DNA from: Blastocystis sp. Blastoise
Taxonomy: Eukaryota > Protista > Bigyra: Opalinata
Assembly: GCA_039096225.1 (NCBI GenBank)
Contig: JBBPEB010000004.1
Coordinates: 620,001 to 684,000, forward strand
DNA length: 64,000 nt
Direction of reading: 5' to 3'
The notes beneath the pieces were generated by a model that was not told the origin of the DNA, did no database searches, and saw only the letters and a list, made by a program, of their open reading frames with translations. The number at the start of each line of letters is the position of its first letter. The stretch's first letter is position 1. Shown one piece after another: positions 21,023-34,560 of this stretch. The translations under genes were made by a program, and so were the position numbers.

Positions 21023-24000
21023 TTAATTATTTAAAGTAGACCTGAAGACCACGTTCTTAGTAAATATTTCATTACTGCTACTTATCATCTTACCTTGAGA
21101 AACACTATCAACTACCTTAATAAAAAGAGAGTTGAAAGATCGAGCACGACTGAAAGCAACATAGAGTTGGCCATGAGAGAAAACAGGACGATCTAAATAA
21201 ACACCAACTCTTTCAAATGTTTGTCCTTGAGATTTGTTGATAGTCATTGCGAACGCTAAACGAATAGGAAATTGTCTTCTGGATATAATAATAGGAAGAT
21301 CTTCAGGATTTGAATTACAGATGATTCTTGGAATAATAACAGTACGTTCATCAATAGTAAGAGAAGGAGGAGGATTTAAAATAGTAGCAGTAATATTATT
21401 TGATCCTAATCGAGTAACTATAAGTCTAGTACCATTACATAATCCTTTAGAAGGATTAAGATTTCTTAAAAGCATAATGATACAACCTATTTTTAAATTT
21501 AATATATGAGGAGGCATTCCAGAAGGTGTTTGAGAATTAATAAACTCGATAGGATAATTTGATTCTGGATCATCTGTTTCAGAATCAAGAATAGAATCAG
21601 AAGAGATATAAGGAGTAGTAGTTCCAGAAAGAAGATTATCTACAATGAAATCATTTAAAGTACCAACACAATCATTAGTAGAAGCTAAAATAACAGAAGA
21701 AGCTAATCGTTTGATATCAGAATCAAGAGAAGTATTGATTCTATGTCCAAATACAGTAACACATAAATCATCATTTACAATACATTGAGGAGGAATAGGA
21801 ATATAATCTATATCTAAATGATGACTAATAGTATAATTATTAGAAAGAACACCATCTCCTACTTGTAATAACCATTGTCTAAAATCATCTGCTCCTTCTA
21901 AAGCTCTCATATTTCTTGATAAATGAATGACATTATTTTTGATAGAATTCCATAAGGAACAAAACTTTATAGAAGAACTAACAATCTGAGCTTGAGTTCC
22001 TTTTCTTATAACTGGTAAACATTGTCTGAAATCTCCTCCTAATACTACTGTTTTACCACCAAAAGGAATATCTAATTCTGTATTCATTATATCACATAAT
22101 AATCTATGTACTACCATAAAACAATCACCTTTCATCATAGGAGCTTCATCCCATATTATTAAATCAGCTATTCTTATTTCTTCTACTTTTCTTCTATCTC
22201 TAGCTAAATCTATATTTGAAGTAGAATCAGGATCAACATTCAAAGGAATACCAAATTGTTTATGAGCTGTTCTACCACCTGGTAATAAAGTAGAAGCAAT
22301 TCCTGTTGAAGCTACAGGTAATACATTCTTATTATGTCCACGTAAATAACTTAATAAACTATTATATAAGAAAGTCTTTCCACTTCCACCTGGACCATCA
22401 ATAAAGAAACATAACTTATCTTCTATTCTACTACTTTCTATTGAATGAATTACTCTATCAAATGCATTTCTTTGTTCTTCATTTAATAATTCTATTACTC
22501 TATTAGCTTCTTGTAATTCTAAAGTAGGATTATAATTATAATCATTATAATGATGTTGTTCTTCTACTTGAGGTAATCCTAAATCATTATAATTCACTCC
22601 TATACTTATCATCATCTCTTTTATATCTTGTAAAGTACGTATTTCATAATCTTGAAGAACACTATTAGTATCATCTTCTATAACACTTGATGAATCTAAA
22701 TCTTGAGCTAAAGGAGTATTTATATAATCTATTTCATTATTATGCATTGAATGTTTATAATCCTCACTAAGAAATGATTTAAATCGAATCCAAAACTCTT
22801 TCACATTTGTTAATAATGATTCTGAAATATAAGTAATAAATAATTGTCTCAATTGACATGGAGTAGCAAAAACAATAGCTTCTGAAAATGAATCAAATAC
22901 TTCTCTCTCATTATTCAATAATCCTCTTGCTATAGCTGCTTCACTAAAGGTTCTATAAGGTTCATTACTATTCAATCCTTTTACTATCTTCAAAAAATCA
23001 AAACTATCAGCTCCTTTCGTATTCAATAATAATAATCTTAAAGCATATCGTTCTTTATCTTTTGGATTCACATAATACATTCTTCCTAAAGCTTTTATAT
23101 CTCTCTGACGTCTATTCCAAGTATTTGTATTCGATTTCCATACATAATATTTTGGTATTTCATGATAAGCATAAATAGGATATTTCTCATCTAATATTTT
23201 CAATAATTCTTCTGATATATTATCATCATCTACTTCATAACTATTTATTCTATTTATCTCTTCTAAACGAACTTGAATCAATTCTCTTTCTTCTTCTACA
23301 CTATTCATATTACGAATACCATGCTTCTTCTCTATATAATAATAAGTATATATCTTTCTTTGATTCTGAACTTCTTTCTCTAAATCAAAGTATTTTGTTA
23401 ATTTAGTACCTTTCTCTAAACTATTTCTTAATGCTTCTTCTTCGTGTCCTTCTCGAAATAATATATATGGATCATCAGGTAAATGAATAGGTAATCTATT
23501 AATAGAAACAGAATTATAAGTAATTTCAAAACAATTCAAACGATAAGAAGCTTCAGGAGGAGAAACATATCGACAATCTAAATAAGCTTGAGTTTCATCT
23601 ACTATTCCATTATCATTCACTCTTCGTAATTGAGCTATCACAGAATCATTTCCTTTTAATGCATATTTATATATATATTTTGTACTTTGAATATTACAAC
23701 AGACTTCTACATTAATATGAGCTTGATATTTCAATAATAAATAAGGGTTATAAGGAACTACCCAACGATTATCAATAGTATAAGTATTATGACTACGAAT
23801 AAGAGTAATAGTTCTATCAGGAATATTTCTTCTTTGATATAAAGGATAAGAATTTAAATGGCAATTAGTTTGCTCTATATATTCTTTTGGAAATCTCTTA
23901 CTACATTTACCTGTTGATCTATCAATACAAACACAATTCGTATCATAATCAGGACCACATGGACCATGAATCATATGTTTCTTAACTAATTCATAAAGAA

Positions 24001-27000
24001 GAGGAGTTGATTTTTTATCAGGAATCTCTGCACTTATTATACTATCTACTTCATCTTCTGTTCTATATTTAGAATTCGTATCTAAAATAATTAATATATG
24101 AGAATGTGGTAAACCTCTCTTTTGGAATTCTACTGAATATAATAAAGCTTCTACCATACCAAATATATTCTTATCCTTTATATCAGAAAGCAATTGTTTC
24201 AATTTTAAATGAAACACTCTTGAAACTAAATCTGGAAATTCATTAACAGTATAACCTTCTGGAATATTATTCTTTATTTCTAGCCAATCTGGATTGCAAG
24301 TAAATGTAATAAATAAATCAGGTTTACCATATTCTCGAACTACACTCATAGCATCCATATATTTCTGTTGTAAATTTCTTGGACTACCAACAAAAGAAGA
24401 AGGTAATATAATAGCTTTACCTATTCTATCTATATTTCTATCATTCTCATTTATTTGATCTCCTCTCTCTTCTAACATATTATTTATATTCTGATAAGTA
24501 GAAGCTCTTAATTTATTCTGATTATTTCGTATATAATTTAATCTATATTGTTCAACTCGGATATAATTATCAGTAATATATTGTAAAGTTAATTTCTTAT
24601 ATTTTAATAAATAATTATCATAAGGTGGATCTTTCATTTGAAGCATATAATTATAATATTCTAACATAGTAATAGTTATTTGATTAGAACGATTCAATGA
24701 TAATAAATCTGGATACCAACCTTGTCTACCAGTTGGAAACATAACTGGATAAACCATACAATCTATATATGAATTAGTATTCTTCATTACTATATATTGA
24801 CCTGAAGTATAACGATTCTGTTCATTATTACTATTAGTAGCTACTATTTCCATACCACTTCTAGGAAAACAACAATAACTTCTTTCTGGCATTACTCCTC
24901 CTTCTCTATATTGATATATTACTGCTACTTCATCTACTTGAGGAGTATTATATCTTCTTATATCAGGTACTTCTCTTCTTTGTTTCTTAAACTCTATTAA
25001 TAAATTAATATTATTTCTATTCATTTGGCTATTCTCTTCTATTACTTCATCTACTCTTTCTCGAAGTGAATTATATATTTGAGCTAATGGATGATATTCT
25101 CTTATTGTACTATCTAATATCTCTAAAATATTTGGTTTTAAATCACAAAAATATCGATTCATACTTCTCATATGAGTAGCTTCATCTCCATCTATCATAT
25201 AATATTGATTGAATACAGGATGTCTTGTAGGATCATTCACATCAAAATCTAAAGCACTCTTAAAAGTATGATATATATTACCTCCACATTTAAATAGTAA
25301 AGGTCCAGAAGAATTTCTTAAATCATCATCAGAAGTATTATTTCCAGCTAAAGAAGCTAGAGCAACAGAATTATTGTATCGAATTATATTATTAATAAAT
25401 TCTCTTGAATCTGGATTATCTCTTCTTAATAAAGAACGAATAGTATTAGGAAGATCAGGAAGTTCAGGAAGAACTACTTTACCACTACCACAGCAAGTAT
25501 AAAATTTATCATTCATTCCTTTCTCTAATTCAAAATGTTTAGCATGACAATATTCACAATGAACATTAAAATCACCTAAATAATTAGCTGAATAAGTATT
25601 CAATGCTTCATTTAATACAAAATCACCATGAGAATCTATATAAAATAATATAAAATAAATATTAAATATATATAAATACTTCTTTGAATAGAAGCAATAC
25701 AATTATGTAATCCAGGATATAATAATCTTTGTTGATTATCTATAAAAATAATTTATTATTTAATTATTTATAAAGAATTATAAAAAATAAATAGCATACA
25801 AATATCTAAAGCTCTTCTTCTTCCTCTATTAATAATAGGATGAATAATTATATCTTCTTCAACTATAAATAAAATTTAATAAATATATTTAAATAGTAAT
25901 AAAAAACATACTATTATCTGTTATAGGTCTTCTAATAGTTCTTACAACTGGTATTTCATCATTATTTTGAGTATTACTATTAATATCAGGAAAAGGATCA
26001 ATATAATCAGAATCAGAATCATTATCAGAAAAACTACTACTACTACTACTACTACTATCACTTGAACTACTACTACTATTAGGTATTGTTGTTATAATTT
26101 CTGATTCATTATCATTATTTAAATTAATATGAGGAATATTTGTTAGAATACTTAAAGGAGGAAGAATAGGACTTAAATCAGGAATGGTTAAATAACTATT
26201 CATAATGGAATTAATAGATCTATTATTTCTATGTATTATTGTTTCATTATTATTAGTATTAGTGTTATTTCTTGAATGATTTGTATTATCATTAATGATT
26301 GTAAAATTATTATTGTTAGATATACTTACATTAGTTGGAATAGTAGTAACAACAGGTAAAGAGTGTGAAGAAGTATTAATAGAATCATTATTATTATTAG
26401 AAACAGAAGTATTTTTTTCTGTAGGTTGTATAATAGTAGTTGATATAGGAATAGATTGATTATTATTATTAATTTGACTTTGAACAATAGATATGTTATT
26501 AATTGATTGATTAACTGGATTCATTTGATTGAATAAGTTTGAACCATTATTTAATATAGAATTATTATTATTTATTTGTGAATAACTATTATCGATATCA
26601 ATATCAATATTGTTATTTGAAATATTGTTTTGAATGTTTTGTAAAGGAATATTATTTTGTATATTAAAAGTCGAAAACAAAGCTAAAGGTTTTAAATTAA
26701 AACCAAATGATTTAGATAAATCATTATTATTTATTTTATCCTTATTGGAACCTATATATATTAATAGTTAGATATTAATTATATTATGTTTAAGTTTAGA
26801 ATAAAGTTTAGTTGTGTAGTATATAAATTAACTTTCATTGTTATAGTTGTTGAAGTAATTATTAATTAATATAAAGTATAACCTTTATTAATATAATATA
26901 ATACATAGATATAGTATGATAATATATATATTAATATAAAGTATAACCTTTATCAATATAATATAAGTCATAGATATAGTATGATATATATTAATTAATA

Positions 27001-29461
27001 TAAAGTATAACCTTCATCAATATAATATGATATATTAATTAATATAAAGTATAACCTTTATTAATATAATAATACATACATATAGTATAGTATGATATAT
27101 ATTAATTAATATAAAGTATAACCTTTATTAATATAATATAATACATAGAATATAATATGATATATATTAATTAATATAAAGTATAACCTTCATCAATATA
27201 ATATAATACATAAGTATAGTATGATATATATTAATTAATATAAAGTATATAATTCTTATTAATATAATAAGTCATAAGTATAGTATGATATATATTTATT
27301 AATATAAAGTATATAACTCTTATTAATATAATAAGTCATAAGTATAGTATGATATATATTTATTAATATAAAGTATAACCTTTATTAATATAATAATACA
27401 TAGTTGTACTATGATATATATTTATTAATATAAAGTATAACCTTTATTAATATAATAATACATAGTTGTACTATGATATATTTATTAATATAAAGTATAT
27501 AACCTTTATTAATATAATAATACATACATATAGTATGATATATTAAATAATATAAAGTAAAAACTTTATTAATTAATAATTATCTTCAATACTATAATGT
27601 AATGAAAGATAATATTATAATTAATGAAAACTAATATTAAATAAGTATAGGTAATTAATATTGTATAATTTATTAAACAATCTATATGATTCAACCTCAT
27701 AGCGGACATCTATAGCTATTGTGCTTTGTTACAACATTCTATAAACATATAGCTAACTACCAGTTAATATCATATACAATGTGAGTAAGTGAAGAATCTT
27801 AACACTTAGATATCTCAATCATTGATAGTATTACATCGGTTAGTCTATATAGAGTTAGAAGCGAACAATAGTCAGCAATAGTATGAGTCATATAGGTAAT
27901 CAATAGTTGTATTAATTAAATTAAATACAAATATTAAAATACTCAACACTATTTAATATTAAGTAATTCAAAAATTATCTTAATATCCGACACCTTCCCG
28001 TTAATCGATACGATTAAAGTAAAATTAAAATAAAAAAAAATAACAAAACAAAAATGAAAAAAGAAAGGATTCTATTAAATAATTAAATACTAAGTAGCTA
28101 AAGCTAAGCTTAGTAAATAAATATATAAATAGATAATAAAAAGAAAGCAGATAACAGAAAGCTATTATCTGTGAAAGAAAAAAAATAATAAAACAAAAGA
28201 AAAAGAAACTAAAATAATAAATAATACTTACCCACAACTTTATTTGAACCTATATAAGTATAGAATATAATATAAGTATATATATACCTTGAATAATTGA
28301 AGAACCATTGACACCATCAACGACTGAAGAATTATTAACACCATCACCTATATATATATATACAATAGTATAAGTATAAATAAATAAATAATATTATATA
28401 TATATATATATATACCTTTATATATATTAGTAGTAACCATATCAAGACCAACATCAGAGTCACACGATCCCAAATTAAAAGACACACCTATATAGAATCA
28501 TAAAATAGAATAAACATAGATACATATATATATGTATATACCTTCTGAAGAAGAAATAGAAGAATGACCATGTACTAACTGAGTTGAAGGACCTATATAA
28601 AAACAAATAAGAAAGAATTAAAAGAAAAATAATAAATACATATATATGATATATCTATATACCTTTAGCCTCAGAAGGATGATCACCATCAGATACAGTA
28701 CCATGAACAGAAGACACTATCAGAACAGAAGGACCTATATATATTTATAAAATAAAAGTATAAATCAAAAAGAAGAAAAAGAAAATAAATTATATATACC
28801 TTCTTTATGAATAACATCAGCACTAACATTCACAGCAACAGAAGAACCTATAATAAAATATAAATAGGAAATAAAAGAAATAATTAAAAATAAATAAATA
28901 AATGAATGATTATATACCTTGAAGACCATGAGTAGAGTTAACACCACCATCAATAGCATCAGCAACAACATCATCATGAGTATAAGAACCTATAGATAAA
29001 TAAAAATAAAAAAAATAAAATAAATGATTGACAACATACCTTCAAGACCGTGAGTAGAGTTAACATCACCATCAACAGCTCCAGCAACAGAATCCACAAC
29101 AACAGAAGAACCTATAGATAAATAAAAATATAAAAATAAAAACAAATGAATGCCAACATACCTTCAAGACCACTTGATAACCTTACACCATCATCACTAT
29201 AGGACACCATGAACATAGAAGAGCCTAAGATGATATAAAATAATAAAACAAAAAGAAATGTATAAATATATACCTTCAAGACCATATTGATAAGCACCAT
29301 CACCATCAATGACATCCATACTTGTATCCTGTTGAGTAGAAGAACCTATATATGAATAATAAAAAAAAATAAATACAATACATACTGGACCGTCTTTGAG
29401 AAACGTATTTTTTTTGATTCAAGGACCTCCGCCTTGATGACATTCTGCCTTTTCTAGGCAT
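21023..29461 (-). CDS. Helitron RepHel transposase (HUH Rep + PIF1 helicase), 15-exon model, 2076 aa
   Basis: Main exon 25635-21023: PDLFITFTCNP, EFQKRGLPHSH, YIYKY, GPGGSGKT, IWDEAPM, GGDFRQ, MTINKSQGQT, HGQLYVAFSR; 14 upstream exons join in frame through GT-AG introns (upstream model less certain than the main exon). Confidence 0.88.
26832..27609. repeat. Minisatellite (~12 units of 44-67 bp) bracketed by ~40-bp imperfect inverted repeats; foldback/MITE-like; intronic
   Basis: Unit core TAATATAAAGTATAACCTTTATTAATATAAT; left CTTTCATTGTTATAGTTGTTGAAGTAATTATTAATTAAT vs right ATTAATTAATAATTATCTTCAATACTATAATGTAATGAAAG. Confidence 0.75.
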
Positions 29462-30186
29462 CTTATTTAATAATTTAATAAAAATAAGTATTTTTATGTA
29501 GAAAACAAAAACATATTCACTATTGAACTTTTGAAAAATAGGGTCAATATTTAAAATATGCATATTTAAAAATTAATAGGAATCATAAATAACCTCGAAT
29601 TTTCATTATTATCTTATGCTAAGCTGATAATTGGGTCATTTCTTGTTAAAAACATTTTGGGTACCCAAAAACTATAGTTTTTTACATTTTTTAAATATTT
29701 GTTTATATTGATTGACTAAGTATGTTTGATTAATTAATTTTATATTATTTTGTTTAGTATTATATATATCTATTTATATATAAATTTATTTATTTAAAAT
29801 AATACACTTTTTTATAGGATTCTCTTGTATTTGTCTTGGTTGTGGTGACAGAAGCTTCTTGAAGTGGTCCTGGTTGTGCTATATGGTTTTTCTAGTGTAA
29901 GGTATATAAATATATTATTCATTTCTTAACATCTGTTTTTGTTTTACTAATTGCTTTTTGTTATTATTATTTTTATTATCTATTTTGTTTATTTTGTCTT
30001 TTTATATCATCTATTAAATAGTTTTTAATTATTTTTATTCTTTAGGAAAGAAAATGTTGTTGATGTTTTGTGGTCTTCGTTTTTTCATGTCGTTCTTCTT
30101 TAGTCTGTTGTTTCAGATTAATCTATTAGGTATATATTTATATTTTATTTATTGTTTTCATTTTTATTATTTATTATTTATGTTTT

Positions 30187-30217
<31 letters not shown>

Positions 30218-30232
30218 TTATATTTATATATA

Positions 30233-32126
30233 AAGTCCCTGTATAAATCCGGGACACTGCACAAAACCGGGACAAAATTTGTTTTTTTACAAAAACCATG
30301 AATATTGACTAAAGATGACTCAGAATTATGAGATAAACACGGGATTCTCAATTATTGTTTATAATTATCAAATTGAATGTGTGAACTAAAAGTTTTATAT
30401 TTTATTTTACTTTACTATTTTTATTTATTTAAAAATTAAGTATTAAAGATGAGTTTACCTAGTCTAGAGCCAGTTAATGTATCGAAAGAAGATGCTGAGA
30501 TCCTGAAACATCCTGAAATTATTAGTATTACTAGTCCTAGAAGAAAAGCACTGAAGATGACTGAAATATTTGATGGAAAAGATGGAAGAAGAAGATTATC
30601 ATTTAGAAAGGCTGCTTATTTATCCTGTACAACGAAGAGTACTCTTCATCGTGCTAAAGTGTCTGTTCAAGAAAGAGGTTCTGTTCTATCCTCAGGACGT
30701 CCATCAATTCTTACTGATGAAGATGAAAGAAAGATTATTGATTGGATTACACAGAAGGCTGTTGAAAAGAAATGTGTTACCAAAAAGGATATTATTAATT
30801 ATATTTATTCTATACTTCATGAAAGATGTACTAATACTAATAATATTAATGATGTATCTGATTCGTTTGTTAGAAAACTCCTTATGAAGAATAATATATC
30901 TTTGAAGAAACCTATAACTGTTTATTTATTTAATGCTATTCCTAGTAAAAGATGTGCTAGAACATTATTCAGAAATATTTCATTTCTTCGTAAGGAACGT
31001 AATTATCCTAATCATTTAATATTTAATATGGATGAAAGTTGGTCAACTCCTTCTGTTAAATCATTTCAAGTAGTAGCTGTTCCTGATGGTTTTATTCCAA
31101 TGACTGGTCAAGGAACTTCTCATGGTCATCTTACTCTTATTGGTTGTATTTCTGCTGATGGTTCTCATGTTGAGTCTTCCTATGTTTGTGAACAACAAAC
31201 TTATGATCCTAAAGAATTAGATAAACATAATATTCATGGTTTAAAGACTTTTTTTGCACCTTCAGGATGGATTAACTCTGAAATATTTATTGGATGGATA
31301 AATGATATCTTCCTTCCACATGTAAATAGAATGAGAGATAATAATATTGATCAATATGCTTTACTTATTCTTGATTCTCATCCAACAAGAAATGATTCTT
31401 CTGTCCTTTCTCTCTTAGAAGAAAATCATATAGATCTTCTAGTACTACCAAAAGGTACGACTAGTCAGTTTCAACCATTAGATCTTGTAGTTTATGGAGC
31501 TTATAAAAAAGCATTAAAGAAATTCTTTAAAACCAGTGGTAGATATGAATTATTAGAAGCATCTGAGGATGCTGTATCTGAATCTTTTACTAGAAGCAAT
31601 ATAAAACAGGCTTGGATAAGATCTCGATTATTAACTGAAGATGAAGATGAATTTGTTAATAGATTTGAAGAAAGACCTAATGAAAAAAGAACGTCTCAAT
31701 CATCAAAAGTATCAAATAGAATTCTTGTTGGTCCTTTAAGAGAGTATGGTGAAGATGAAGATGATACTACTCCATATAATAATGATAATGAAGAAGCTAT
31801 TCCTCTACCTCCCCTGTTTAGAAACATGTAATTATATTTATATTCTATAATGTTTGCTTTTATTTACATATAAACTCTATTATATATATATTTATATAAT
31901 TCTATTGTTCTTTATATATTTTTTAATAAATTTTATTAATTTCTATATAAAAAAAGAGTGTTTTATAATTTAAAAAAAATATATTATTTGTTTAGTTTTC
32001 TTACAAAAACTAGTTAATCATATATTCGGTATATTACATTTATAATTTTCAAAAAAAAAATTTAAAAAAAACAAAAAAAAATTTTGTCCCGGTTTTGTGC
32101 AGTGTCCCGGATTTATACAGGGACTT
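30233..32126 (+). mobile_element. pogo/Fot1-like DNA transposon (Tc1/mariner superfamily), 1,894 bp
   Basis: Perfect 48-bp TIRs (AAGTCCCTGTATAAATCCGGGACACTGCACAAAACCGGGACAAAATTT) flanked by TA on both sides. Confidence 0.95.
30449..31831 (+). CDS. DD35D transposase with CENP-B-like HTH region, 460 aa
   Basis: GRP..L..E motif; FNMDES, LILDSH, QPLD with 35 residues between the second and third Asp; intact and intronless. Confidence 0.93.
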   Translation: MSLPSLEPVNVSKEDAEILKHPEIISITSPRRKALKMTEIFDGKDGRRRLSFRKAAYLSCTTKSTLHRAKVSVQERGSVLSSGRPSILTDEDERKIIDWITQKAVEKKCVTKKDIINYIYSILHERCTNTNNINDVSDSFVRKLLMKNNISLKKPITVYLFNAIPSKRCARTLFRNISFLRKERNYPNHLIFNMDESWSTPSVKSFQVVAVPDGFIPMTGQGTSHGHLTLIGCISADGSHVESSYVCEQQTYDPKELDKHNIHGLKTFFAPSGWINSEIFIGWINDIFLPHVNRMRDNNIDQYALLILDSHPTRNDSSVLSLLEENHIDLLVLPKGTTSQFQPLDLVVYGAYKKALKKFFKTSGRYELLEASEDAVSESFTRSNIKQAWIRSRLLTEDEDEFVNRFEERPNEKRTSQSSKVSNRILVGPLREYGEDEDDTTPYNNDNEEAIPLPPLFRNM

Positions 32127-32311
32127 TATTTATTTATTATATTTATTTATTTATTTATTATATTTATTATATTTATATATATTTATTTATTATATTTATT
32201 TATTTATTTATTATATTTATTTATTTATTTATTTATTTATGTTTTTTATTTATTTATTATATTTATTATATTTATTATATTTATTATATTTATTATATTT
32301 ATTTATTTATT

Positions 32312-32342
<31 letters not shown>

Positions 32343-32384
32343 TTTTATGTTATCTTTTTATATTTTTTCTATTGTATATAGGTT

Positions 32385-33050
32385 TAATAGTCTTCTTGTT
32401 CCTTTTTCTTCTTTCTTCCTTCTTTCTACTTCATTTTACTTCTTCCTTCTTCCTTATCCTTCCTACTACCTTCTTCCTCATTCTTCCTTCTTCCTTCCTA
32501 CTTCCTCATCCGTCATTCTTCCTTCTTCCTTCTTCTTCCTTCTTCCTACTTCCTCATCCGTCATTCTTCCTTCCTTATTCTTCCTTCTTCCTCATCCTAC
32601 TTACTTCTTCCTTCTTTCTCATCCTTCTTCCGTCTTCCTTATTCTTCCTACTTCCTTCTTCCTCATCTGGCATTCTTCCTACTTCTTCCTACTTCTTCCT
32701 GCTTCATCATTCATCATTTCCTTCTTCCTGCTTCCTTCTTTCTTCTTTCCCATCCTTGATTCTTCCTTCTTCCTCATCATTCTTCCTTCTTCCTCATCCG
32801 TCATTCTTCATACTTACTTCTTCCTCATCCTTCCTACTTCCTCATACTTCTTTCTTCCTTCTTCCTTCCTTCCTCATCATTCTTCCTTCTTCCTCATCAT
32901 TCCTACTTTTACATCCTTCCTCATTCTTCCTTCTTCCTCATCCTTCCTCATCCTTCCTACTTCATTCTTCCTCATTCTTCATTCTTTCTTCTTCCTCTTC
33001 CTTCTTCTTTCTTCCTACTTCCTACTTCTTTCTTCCTCATCATTCCTTCT
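32385..33050. repeat. Degenerate (CTT/CCT/CAT)n polypyrimidine tract, followed by (TA)n at ~33053-33115
   Basis: Nearly G-free plus strand; recurring CTTCCTCATCCGTCATTCTTC. Confidence 0.85.
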
Positions 33051-33119
<69 letters not shown>

Positions 33120-33379
33120 ATTATTATTATTATTTATAAACTCCCTTTATGCTCTAGAAGGAGAGAAACAATCATTACAGATTGTTTTCAGGTTCAATTC
33201 CTGACATGAAGTGCTATTTTTCTCTTTATATTAATATTTTATTTACATATTATTATATATATATATATTCTCTTTTTTTAACCTTATTTTTATTTGCTTT
33301 AAATTATACTTTTCAATTTTGACCTTATATATATATATCTAACTTTTTATATTTTTTTTAGACTTCCTCTTCTCAATAA

Positions 33380-34560
33380 CAGTCACAATGAAAACAAATC
33401 CATTTTAACTGAAACAACTAAGTCATCTCAAAACTGCTTGAATCAATCAATATAGACATGTATGACATAATTTATGTATTTAAACTGATTTTCAACTCTC
33501 AAAAGTAAGCAAACCAAACACACATGTTGACTTTAAAACGTTAAACTCAGTATTAAAAGATAGTTTTTATAGAGTGGACATAAAACATTGATTTAAACAA
33601 AAAGGAGTGGAAATAATTCACTCTTGATACAACTTTACCATTTGACAAAACACTCATCCACAATATTTTCCAAAGTTCTTTTAGTAAAGTGTTTATATAG
33701 ACATATTATGTATAAAATGAAAGTCAACTTCTTGAATCTCTTTGTTTAAGATAGTCTTTAAAACATTTTGACAAATTAACAACCTTTAACTTGCTATTTA
33801 AAGCTAATATTTAAAGAATAGACTTGATTTAAACATATGAACACAACTGTCATCATCATAACACTTTTAAAGACACTTTACCATTTGGTCATACACTTTG
33901 ATCAAAATATTTTTGTCCCTCCTTTTAACATAATATAGCTCATACACTCTAGTTTAATGAATAAACACTCAAATATTGAATCTCGTCCTCTAAGTCACTC
34001 ATTTTTACATTTTTCAAAATTTAAGACCCTTAGAGTTGTTTTTTTGACTCAATTTTTCTACAGTGCACGAAATTCACGATTTTGCTCAAACTGAAGTAAA
34101 AATAAATTTTAAATAATAGTCACAACACCTCACACATCCATTCTTTAAAAATTATTTTAACTGTACTTTTGATATGTTGTAGAGCTACTATAGCTGTACA
34201 CTAATTAATATCTCTAAATTTTTTATTCATAGTTTAAGACTATGTTTTACACATTCTTTTAAATTTGACAACCTTAAACTATTTATTTAAAGCTCTTATT
34301 CATAAAATAGACTTGATACATGATTCTAAACACATATATAAACCCTTTTACTTTTTAAGACACATTTTGTCATTTGGTCATACACTTTGACCTTCATAAT
34401 TTTGACTCTCCTTTTAATATAGAATAGAGTTATAAGTCTAGTTTACTAAATAAAAGTCATAATATTGAATCTCTCACTCTAAGACCACTTAATTCACATT
34501 TTTTCAAAATTGTGACACTCAAACTCGTTATTTTAAGACTTTGTTTTAGATATAGTAGTT
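33380..34560. repeat. Degenerate ~245-bp tandem repeat, block B (same family and orientation as block A)
   Basis: TTGAATCTC at 33732, 33976 and 34465; CATTTGGTCATACACTTTGA identical at 33882 and 34371 (489 bp, two periods). Confidence 0.65.

Larger units (their letters stand above)
20733..29461 (-). mobile_element. Autonomous Helitron (3' end exact; 5' end lies upstream of 29461, possibly as far as ~35,240)
   Basis: Minus-strand CTAG|T terminus at 20733 preceded by a GC-rich hairpin (20740-20786); RepHel gene. Confidence 0.9.

Noticed and set aside
26860-27570. CRISPR-like array
   Set aside because: The sequences between the conserved cores are themselves homologous, there are no cas genes, and the context is a eukaryotic intron.
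32084-33139. 341-351-aa ORFs rich in F/L/S/Y/I
   Set aside because: They begin inside the transposon TIR and are by-products of low-complexity repeats.
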